From contig NZ_CABPSJ010000003.1 of assembly GCF_902459745.1 (NCBI RefSeq), positions 778,957-810,956 on the forward strand: a DNA stretch of 32,000 bases, given 5' to 3'. The position numbers and the translations under genes are program-made. Position 1 is the stretch's first letter, and every line of letters starts with the position of its first letter. Below are positions 13,362 to 21,700 of the stretch, one piece after another. The notes under the pieces were generated by a model. It saw nothing but the letters and a program-made list of their open reading frames with translations. It searched no databases and was not told the DNA's origin. Source of the DNA: Pandoraea communis (GTDB lineage Bacteria; Pseudomonadota; Gammaproteobacteria; Burkholderiales; Burkholderiaceae).

Positions 13362-13426
13362 TGACGGTATCGTTGGAAGCGGTCGAAAACGCCGCTTCCG
13401 GTACCGACAGGGGGTCTGACGGTATC
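13362..13426 (+). repeat. Direct repeat TGACGGTATC x2 (13362-13371 and 13417-13426) between guaA and the integrase
   Basis: Exact 10-mer repeated at 55-bp spacing in the presumed att arm region; possible integrase arm-binding sites. Confidence 0.35.
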
Positions 13427-13452
13427 AAGCGGCAAATCAGAGTGAGGCTGAT

Positions 13453-14790
13453 TTGCTAACTGATCGTGAGTTGGGTGCCCTGACGCCCAAGGAAAAAATG
13501 TTCAAGGTGAGCGACCGCGACGGCTTGTACGTGGCGGTGCTCCCAACTGGTACCCGGGCCTTTCGGTACGACTACCGTCTCAACGGCCGGCGCGAGACCT
13601 TGGCGATCGGGCGCTACGACCCGGCATGCAAGGTGACCCGCGATCTCGATGCGCTTGAGTACGGGATGGGTATTTCACTGCGTGAGGCGCGCACGCTTCT
13701 GGACCGTGCTCGACGCGACGTGGAGCGCGGCGTGTCGCCATCGCGCGCCAAGGCTGAGAAGCGTGCCGCAGCGGCCGAGGCGCTGACGTTCGGCGGCTGG
13801 GCGCAGACCTACTTTAAGCACAAGGCGGACCCCAAGAGCGGGGCGGAGCAGTTAGCGGACAGCACGCTCGAGCTGCGGCAATCGACGTATCGGCGAGTAA
13901 TCGAGCCCGAACTGGGCCGCCTGAAGCTTGAGGAGGTGACGCCGCAGCGCCTGATGCGTCTGTGCCTTGACGCGAAGGAGAAGCGCGGCCCGGCTGTTGG
14001 CGTCCACGTTCGGGAAGTGGTGCACGCGGTGTTCCGCCACGCACAGGGCAGTGGCATTTCGATCCCGAACCCGGCGGACAGCGTCCGCGCCAGCGCAATC
14101 GCCACCTTCGAGCCGCGTGACCGCGCATTGTCTCCGGCCGAGATCCGAAAGTTCTTCACTGCTCTGGAGCAGGTTGCGGCCGCACCAACGCTGCGCCTGG
14201 CGCTGAAGTTCGTTCTGCTGACCGGTGTGCGCAAGAGCGAGTTCATCGACGCGACGTGGAGCGAGGTCGATTTCGACACGGAGCGCTGGACGATCCCCGG
14301 TTCGCGCATGAAGGCCGGCAAAGCCCATGTGGTCCCGTTGAGCGAACAGGCGCTGGACATTCTGACGGCGTTTCGTTCGTGCTTTGGAGCAAGCCAATAC
14401 TTGCATCCAGGGCGCTATGACCACGATTTGCCCATCAGCAACGCTACGCTGAATCGCATCATCGACGCTGCGGTCGAGCGCATCCAGAAAGACGATCCCG
14501 AGTTCCAGACTTTCGGCGTCCACGACTTGCGGCGAACGTTTTCTACCGGCCTGAACCGGGCGAAGTTCGATGAGCGGTGGGTTGAAATGTCGCTCGCTCA
14601 CGCGCCGCGAAACAGGATCGCAGCCGTGTACAACGTGAACCGCTACCTGTCGGAGCGGAAAATCATGCTGCAGTGCTGGGCGGACACGATCGACTGCTGG
14701 ATGCGCGGCGAGTCGGCACGCGAGCTGATCGCCGATGCCAAGCGGCGGGCCGCAGAGGTGCACGAGGATGATCTCGACGACGATCTGTAG
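13453..14790 (+). CDS. Tyrosine recombinase/integrase (P4-like, DUF4102 arm-binding N-terminus), TTG start
   Basis: LTDRELGALTPKEKMFKVSDRDGLYVAVLPTGTRAFRYDYRLNGRRETLAIGRYDP; catalytic LTGVRKSE, HDLRRTFST, LAHAPRNRIAAVYN. The DNA start codon is TTG. Confidence 0.96.
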   Translation: MLTDRELGALTPKEKMFKVSDRDGLYVAVLPTGTRAFRYDYRLNGRRETLAIGRYDPACKVTRDLDALEYGMGISLREARTLLDRARRDVERGVSPSRAKAEKRAAAAEALTFGGWAQTYFKHKADPKSGAEQLADSTLELRQSTYRRVIEPELGRLKLEEVTPQRLMRLCLDAKEKRGPAVGVHVREVVHAVFRHAQGSGISIPNPADSVRASAIATFEPRDRALSPAEIRKFFTALEQVAAAPTLRLALKFVLLTGVRKSEFIDATWSEVDFDTERWTIPGSRMKAGKAHVVPLSEQALDILTAFRSCFGASQYLHPGRYDHDLPISNATLNRIIDAAVERIQKDDPEFQTFGVHDLRRTFSTGLNRAKFDERWVEMSLAHAPRNRIAAVYNVNRYLSERKIMLQCWADTIDCWMRGESARELIADAKRRAAEVHEDDLDDDL

Positions 14791-14806
14791 GGTCGACTGC
14801 TAGGAG

Positions 14807-14831
14807 CACGCCCCGCCTAGAGCGGGGCGTG
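14807..14831. terminator. Perfect 10-bp stem / 5-nt loop hairpin after the integrase
   Basis: CACGCCCCGC-CTAGA-GCGGGGCGTG; no strong T-tract, so the terminator function is tentative. Confidence 0.5.
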
Positions 14832-14987
14832 TGGCAGACTTCCTCAACTTGGTTGAATAAAATCTCTTTAAAAATCATTGGGTTACTCTAATCATTGCCT
14901 CGTGTCGTATCACGTAGTCTCGTCGTGACATTACCGTGTAGGCATTGGCTGGCGCACTGGCGCGGCCGCCACACGAGGACTAACGCA

Positions 14988-15197
14988 ATGAACCCGCCCA
15001 TTCGAATTCTGCGGCTGAAGGATGTTCAGCAACGAATCGGAATCTCCCGCCCAACTGTTTATCGGTGGCTGGACAAGGATCCGTCTTTCCCGAAGCCGGT
15101 CTCACTTGGTTCGCACTCGATTGGTTTTGTTGAGAGCGAGATCGACGCCTGGCTTGAGGCCCGCGTCCGGGCGTCCCGTGGAGAGGTGGCCGCATGA
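14988..15197 (+). CDS. AlpA-family transcriptional regulator / excisionase-like protein
   Basis: MNPPIRILRLKDVQQRIGISRPTVYRWLDKDPSFPKPVSLGSHSIGFVESEIDAWLEARVRASR, the MerR-like winged HTH AlpA signature. Confidence 0.92.
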   Translation: MNPPIRILRLKDVQQRIGISRPTVYRWLDKDPSFPKPVSLGSHSIGFVESEIDAWLEARVRASRGEVAA

Positions 15198-15640
15198 GCC
15201 GCCTTCCTCCTGAACTCGATCTGCGACTGACCAATGAGGCGTCGTCAACTGCTGAGGTGCGGCGTTGCATGGCTGTGCACGGCGCGGTGCTCGAATCCTT
15301 TGGTTGGCACGCAGTCCCGGTCCAGAACGGGTTCCATCGCTGGGTCGCATTCAACCGCCAGAACGAAGGGGCTATCGCGGACGCGCATCGGGACACCGGG
15401 CTGATCGCGATTCGGCGTGAGGGCGAGTCGCCTGTTTTCAGCCTCAACATCCCATCGCTGCTAGTTGTTGCATGCCAATTCGCTCAGGAAGGGTTTGGCT
15501 GCATTCCTGATGGGGAGGTCTTGGCTGTTCTGCTGGCCTGGCTCCTTGTCGATGCCTGCGGACTGCCAATGAGCGACGAGCTCATCACGGCTCTCGCGAT
15601 TCAAAACGCAAGAATCGCAGCGGAGTACTTCCCGCAATGA
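15194..15640 (+). CDS. Hypothetical protein in the island replication module
   Basis: 148 aa ORF, start overlaps the AlpA-like stop (ATGA), same strand and tight spacing. Confidence 0.7.
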   Translation: MSRLPPELDLRLTNEASSTAEVRRCMAVHGAVLESFGWHAVPVQNGFHRWVAFNRQNEGAIADAHRDTGLIAIRREGESPVFSLNIPSLLVVACQFAQEGFGCIPDGEVLAVLLAWLLVDACGLPMSDELITALAIQNARIAAEYFPQ

Positions 15641-15744
15641 CCGCACTCAACCAGCCGCGCCGCACATTGACGACTGTGGCGCCTGGCTACCGCAGCGATC
15701 AGCGCCAAACCCGTCGCAATGCCTGCCCAGGCCCGCAGTACTAA
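15637..15744 (+). CDS. Very short ORF (MTALNQPRRTLTTVAPGYRSDQRQTRRNACPGPQY)
   Basis: ATGA overlap with the preceding stop; no other support. Confidence 0.25.
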   Translation: MTALNQPRRTLTTVAPGYRSDQRQTRRNACPGPQY

Positions 15745-15811
15745 ACCAAGGGCCAAAAAAATGCCGACACGCGCTTGTACCGGCATCAATGGCCCAAACA
15801 ATTCGAAGCTC

Positions 15812-18754
15812 ATGAGTCTTCATTCTGGTATCACGACCGCCGAGACTGGCGGTATGTCGCAAATTGGTGACGTCGAGCGTTACATCAGCGCCATGTTTGC
15901 ACTCGATCCGGGCATGGAACGCGAGTCGTGGGTGCGCGTGGCAATGGCGGCCAAGGCCAGCGGCATAGACCTTGAGCACTTCGACCGTTGGAGTTCAGCC
16001 GCAGACAACTACGACGCCAAGGATTGCGCGGCCACGTGGAGGTCAATCAGCGCAGATGGTCGCGTTGGCCCAGGAACGTTGATCCAGATGGCGCAGGAAG
16101 CTGGCTGGCGTTACGAAGGCCAGCGCGTTCAGCTAAGCGCAACCGAGATCGCCCGGCGCGATGCCGAGCGTGCCCAGCGTCGAGAACGCGAGGAGGGGCA
16201 GCGTGTCGCACAGCATGAAGCTGCGGCCGCGCATGCCACGAGCATCTGGAACGGCGCGAAGTCCGCCGCGAAGCCGACCGATGTCACACACGCATACCAG
16301 CGTGCCAAGGGCATTTGCTCGAACGGCGCGCGCACCGGCGACTGGCCGGTGATCGACCCGGACACAGGCGAGATCCGCTACACCGTCAAGAACGCGCTTC
16401 TCCTGCAGATCCGCGACTTCGATAAGCGCATCCACTCGGTACAAGCGATCATCGAGCGCACCGGCGAGAACGGGCGGACAGAGTTCACCAAACTCTTTCT
16501 CCCCGGCGGCGCCAAAAAGGGCCATTTCTTCCCAATTGGACAGCCGCGTCAGGGTGCTGATGGCCGCCGCACGTTCATTGTCGCCGAAGGGTTTGCGACC
16601 GCTGGGAGCGTTCATGAGGCGACCGGGCATGGCTGCGTCGTGGCGTTCGACGCGGGCAATCTCGCGCCGGTGTGTCGCGAGATCCGAGCACGGTTTCCGG
16701 GTGCGCACATCCTGATTGTCGGCGATCGCGATGCCGAGGATCACGCGCAGTCTACGGGCTCGCGCAAGGCTGCTGATGCGGCCCTCGAGGTCGGCGCATG
16801 CCTGTTCGTTCCCGAGTGGACAGGCGCTGGGCGCGATGCGAACGACATCTTTGTGCGCGGTTTTCAGCACGAGTGGGTCGATGCGGACGGCAATCACCAG
16901 ACGGTCAATATCGCCGGGCCAGACCATCTTCAAGCCTGCGTTGAGCTGGCGCTTGCGGCCGGGCCTCTGCAATCCGAACAGTTCAAGCAGACGATGGACG
17001 GTCTCGCGCGCGTATCCGCCTCACAGGCCGACGACGCGGGCAGCGCTGAGGATGCGGTGGGTGCTATCCAGCAGGCGAGTCGGGCTGACGACGTCGATCC
17101 CGAGGACGATACCGCACCCGGCGAGAACCCGTTCGCGAACAATCGGCATTTCCGCGTGCTTGGCGTCGACGGGGACGCGTACTTCTTTTTCCGGAAAGGC
17201 CGGAGAAACCAGATCCTGACCATCCGCACGAGCGGTCTCAGCAAGAACGCACTGATGTCTCTCGCGCCGCTCAACTGGTGGGAGGGGATCATGCAGGGAA
17301 ACTTCGACAAGGACGCCGCCGTTGGCTTCCTGATGGAGGCGGCCGAGGCGGCGGGCATCTATGACCCTACGTTCACGCGCGGGCGCGGAGCGTGGTGGGA
17401 CGGCGACCGAATGGTGGTGCACCTGGGCGATCGACTGTTGGTCGACGGTACATCCACAGAACTGGGCGCGATTCGCTCGGAGTTCCTCTATCAAGGCGGC
17501 CGCAAGATCGTGGCGCCTTCGGATACGCTGCTCAGCGCGGCCGATGGCACTTGGCTGCTCGAAATGGCGAACTCGTTTCGCTGGGCGAAGTCGGCATCGG
17601 CGCCGCTCCTATGCGGTTGGTTGCTGCTGAGCCCCTTGTGCGGTGCACTGCGTTGGCGTCCGCACGCGTGGATCACGGGCGGCGCCGGGTCTGGCAAGAC
17701 GACGATCCTGAATGAGTCTGTGCGCCCGCTGATCCCGGCGGGCATGGACGTGTTTGCCAACGGCGACAGCACGGAGGCGGGCCTCCGCCAGACCCTGCGC
17801 AGCGACGCGAGGCCGATCCTGATCGACGAGAGCGAGTCCGACACGGAAGCGGCGGCGACCAAGATGCAGCGCATTCTCGTCATGATCCGCCAGTCGTCGA
17901 GCGACACCGGCGCGCAAACCTATCGAGGCACCGTCGGCGGTGAGGCGCAGGCATTCCAAGTGCGTTCGATGGCGCTGCTTTCCAGCATCGGCGTCGCGCT
18001 CGACCGACAGCAGGACCTTGAGCGCGTCACCGTGCTCGCGCTGCGGCCGAAGCGGGAAGGCGAGGCGACCGACGTGAAGAACTGGCCGGCCATCCGCGCC
18101 GGGCTCAACAAAATTGCGAGGGACAAGACGCTGAGCGCGCGGCTGTTCCGCCGTTCGATCGACATGGCGCCCGTGATTATGGAGTCGATCGACGTGTTCA
18201 CGGAGGCGGCAGCCACGTTCTTCGGAACTGCGCGCGAGGGCGACCAGATCGGCGCGCTCCTGGCCGGCGCGTGGTGCCTCGTCAACGATCGATTGCCGAC
18301 ACCGGACGAGGCGTTGGCGGAGATTAAGCGGCACGACTGGCACGATTACCAGGAAGGCAAGGCCGAGGAGCAGGACGATCTGATTGCGACGCTCATGGGG
18401 CGCCCGATCACTCGGCAAGGTGGGGTTCGGACCTCGGTTGGTAAGTTGGTCGCATGCGCGGCAGGATATGCGGTCGAGGAACTGGGCATCCTGCCGACCG
18501 TAGCCGACAGCGAGCTGCACAACTTCGGCATGAAAGTGAAGGATGGTTTTGTTTGGTTCCATCCGAAGAACGCGGAGCTCCTCAAGCTGATGCGGGAAAC
18601 GAAGTTCTCGTCAGACCTTCGAGGGCGGCTGAAGCGAATTCAGGGCGCCAGCACCAAAGACGGCATCCGCATCGGTGAGGCTGCTACCAGCGGGATCCTG
18701 ATCCCATTGAGCGCCGCGCTGAGCCATCGGGATAGCGACGACCAGACGTTCTAG
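15812..18754 (+). CDS. PriCT-2 / Toprim / DUF927 primase-helicase-like protein
   Basis: VERYISAMFALDPGMERESWVRVAMAAKASG...TLIQMAQEAGW (PriCT-2-like), FIVAEGFATAGSVHEATGHGCVVAFDAGNL...ILIVGDRDAED (Toprim-like), SAPLLCGWLLLSPLCGALRWRPHAWITGGAGSGKTTILNE with RPILIDESESD (DUF927-like ATPase). Start chosen at ATG 15812. Confidence 0.88.
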   Translation: MSLHSGITTAETGGMSQIGDVERYISAMFALDPGMERESWVRVAMAAKASGIDLEHFDRWSSAADNYDAKDCAATWRSISADGRVGPGTLIQMAQEAGWRYEGQRVQLSATEIARRDAERAQRREREEGQRVAQHEAAAAHATSIWNGAKSAAKPTDVTHAYQRAKGICSNGARTGDWPVIDPDTGEIRYTVKNALLLQIRDFDKRIHSVQAIIERTGENGRTEFTKLFLPGGAKKGHFFPIGQPRQGADGRRTFIVAEGFATAGSVHEATGHGCVVAFDAGNLAPVCREIRARFPGAHILIVGDRDAEDHAQSTGSRKAADAALEVGACLFVPEWTGAGRDANDIFVRGFQHEWVDADGNHQTVNIAGPDHLQACVELALAAGPLQSEQFKQTMDGLARVSASQADDAGSAEDAVGAIQQASRADDVDPEDDTAPGENPFANNRHFRVLGVDGDAYFFFRKGRRNQILTIRTSGLSKNALMSLAPLNWWEGIMQGNFDKDAAVGFLMEAAEAAGIYDPTFTRGRGAWWDGDRMVVHLGDRLLVDGTSTELGAIRSEFLYQGGRKIVAPSDTLLSAADGTWLLEMANSFRWAKSASAPLLCGWLLLSPLCGALRWRPHAWITGGAGSGKTTILNESVRPLIPAGMDVFANGDSTEAGLRQTLRSDARPILIDESESDTEAAATKMQRILVMIRQSSSDTGAQTYRGTVGGEAQAFQVRSMALLSSIGVALDRQQDLERVTVLALRPKREGEATDVKNWPAIRAGLNKIARDKTLSARLFRRSIDMAPVIMESIDVFTEAAATFFGTAREGDQIGALLAGAWCLVNDRLPTPDEALAEIKRHDWHDYQEGKAEEQDDLIATLMGRPITRQGGVRTSVGKLVACAAGYAVEELGILPTVADSELHNFGMKVKDGFVWFHPKNAELLKLMRETKFSSDLRGRLKRIQGASTKDGIRIGEAATSGILIPLSAALSHRDSDDQTF

Positions 18755-18758
18755 CCGG

Positions 18759-21700
18759 TTAGCCGTCGGCTGTGGCGTCCGGGTCTGGTTGCATTATCGG
18801 CCAAGGCTTGCCTGACGGCAGGTCGGGGTGACGCGGCTCGCCTTCCGGCATTCCGTGTTCATCCCGAATCTCGTCGATCTGACGCAGCCGGCGCGCAGCG
18901 GCGTCAGTGGGACCACCGTCCGTGGTCAGTGCAAGCAGCTTTTGGCGCAAGCTATCGGCAGGGACCGGAACAACGTTGTATGCGCCTGCCCAATCGCTGA
19001 CGGGCTCATGCTCAGTAACAAGCCGTTCAATGGTTTGCCAGCTAGCAAAGGGCCGATTTAGCTCTTGTTCGAATTTTACGAGTAACAGCAAACCGTCGTT
19101 GTCGGGAGCTTCTGCGACCGCGCGGGTCAGCAGTGCCAGCCCGGGAGTGGTCGGGCCGGCATTCAAGAGGCCGTACAAATGGGAGCGTAGGTCCGGGTGC
19201 GCTTCGATCTGGCTGCCGAGTTCCCGCGCTAGGTGCCAGTCGTTCCCCACTCGCTCGAAAGCCCCGGCGGCGGTCAGGTCAATGATACGACGCGCTGAAG
19301 ATGGTGTGCCGAGCCTCAAAACTGCCGCGCGCCACCGCTCGTTCAAGTAAAAACGCGGGTCTTCCTCGGCGAGCTTGAACAAGACCTGTTCGGCTTCGTC
19401 CGATGGAGCATTGGCAAGAACCCCGACCATTTCCTCCAAGAAGCGAGGCTCGCGCTGCGTGGGCGGCATGCCGCGCACGACAGCTAGCGCCCCGGTTGGA
19501 TGGCTTACGAACGGCAGAAGGCGCAGCCACAACTTCAATTCGTAGCCATCGCTCTGCGTCAATATCCATGGTTCGGTCTTCGCCGCCTCGAGCGTCTCGG
19601 AGATTCCGTCGGAAACAACCTTGATGTCGATCTCCTCGCCCGAAAGAACGAGGTTCAGAAGCAGAGTGGGACGCGCGCGCCTCGGTGCGAGGGCAATGAG
19701 CTTCTGGATCGTGCTGTCGCGCTGGCCGTGCGGAAGCCGTACAGCGGCAATGCCAAGCGCGACCGCGAGTGCTTTCTGTTCGTTTGTCGCGCCATCCGCA
19801 GTTAGGGGTTCGACCGCGGCGAAGATTGCTTCGGCTTCCGCAGAAGTTGCTTGAGGATCGACGGCACGCGCCCCGCGCTTCTCCTCTACGCCCGAGAAGT
19901 CCACTCCGAACATAACGCGCTTATCTTTCGGCGGCTCGTTTGCGGCGCGCCATTGGTCGGCGAGCACCTGCGCGGCGAGTTCGCCGAAGTGCTGGTCCGC
20001 CAGATATTCCTGCATCATGGCGGCGGTCTCTGGCGTTTTGATTGCCGAGAAGGCCCGCTGGTACTCGTGCGTCATGGGCTGGCGAGCTTCGTTCAAGGCG
20101 TCGCCTTGCCGCCAACCGGCAGCCTCCGCCTGCTCGCGGTAAGCGCGGAAGCGCCGCAGATTGTCGTCCAGTAGCCGTTTCAAGATAGGCAGCAGGTCCA
20201 CGGACGGAGCGTGGCTCGCAAGCGTGCCGATGCTGGCCTTTTGCCAGCGCTCCGCGTCGTCCGAGGCAAGCATCCGGTTGCCCCAGTCTTCGACGAGGCC
20301 CCGTATGGACGCCAGCGCGGCAGCGTCGAACGGTCTGCCGCGTTCGGTTTCGCCATCGGGATGTCGCGAGAGAAGTTCGGCCAAGCGCGTCATCTGCTCG
20401 TTGTCCGCCTGCGCCGACCGCGCTAGTACGGCGGCAACGAGACTCGTGCCGGGCACGTGCGCGATGCGGTTTTGTAGCCCAACGTAAAGCTCACTGGCGG
20501 CTTGGTCGAACTTGCCATCAGCGCGCACGCGCGCTCCTGTGTCGAGCAATGCGTCAACCATGCGGCCCACGGCGATCGGCCCGAGTACCGACGCGGCGGC
20601 CTCTGCACGGGCATCGTGGCGGCCAGGGTCGGAAAGCGCCAGATCGACTAGTGCGTCGTCTTCCAGAGCGAATCCAGCAGACGCTAGAAGGTCATCGGCG
20701 CCGTAGAACAACGGATGGCCCGCACGTACGCGCACCAGCAGGCCGTCCGCGATCGCGCCCAAATAGCGGTTGCGCGCCTCATAGATCAATTGCACCCCCG
20801 CATCCTGGGGCTGGTCGATCTCCATCGTGCTGACAATATCTCTCAACTCGGCGCTTCGGTCCTCGCGGCCTTGCGCGTCCACGATCCCGCGCAGGCGATC
20901 ATGAGCTGATGTGCCATTCGCCGCCTGCCGCTCGCGCGTCGCCGCGACGCCTTTTCTTACTGGCTCATCGTCAACTTCATCGATGAGGTCTCTGCGGACA
21001 ACCAGGTCGAAGGTCTTGTCGCTCGCGTTGTGCAGTACTTCTGCTACGTGGCGGTCCGCCCGCCGAAACGAGAGCGCGTCGACGACGGATGCCTGTACTT
21101 CAGGATCGGGATCGTTCTTCGCAATGGCGCTCGCGAGATCGAGGCCATCCATCCCGCTGCGCGAGGCCATTTCGCTGAGCAGCACGGTCCGGAGGTGCGG
21201 CGACAAAGCCTTGATCTTGTTCTCGGCGTCGTTTCCCAGGATCGAGGGTCTAAAACGCCTGCAATTGCGCAACGCCTTGAGGCTGATCTGATCATCTTGA
21301 TTGGTGATCAGCGGCCAAACTGCATCGAGGAATTCTGAGCGACCAGACGTGAGCATGAAGCGAACGGCGCGATCGACTGTTCCGGGTGCGTGCCAGCGCG
21401 CCACGAGTCCTTTAATGGTCTTGGCGATCTGCGACCACACTTCTTCCGTGGAGCGGAAGATCATCTCGGCGGCCAGGATCGGATCGACCTCAAATGCGGC
21501 GACGATCGCCTTGCCGCACGCGGCCCGCTGGTCCGCATCGCCGCGCGCCAGACGCTCGACTGCAAAGAGGATGGGTTCCTCCCATGCCGGGAGATTGAAG
21601 ACTTCTGCCTTCAATGTCTCGCGCCCGCTGGGATCGTCGACTTCGGCGATGATCCGGCGCTCGACCGAATGAGACGCGTACCATTCCTGAAACTGCTGGT

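Noticed and set aside
13201-13460. tRNA gene as attachment site
   Set aside because: No cloverleaf or CCA-end tRNA sequence is recognisable; the junction is with guaA itself.
17609-18562. 317 aa minus-strand ORF (and 16133-16972)
   Set aside because: Antisense shadows of the PriCT-2/DUF927 gene with His/Arg/Asp-rich composition.
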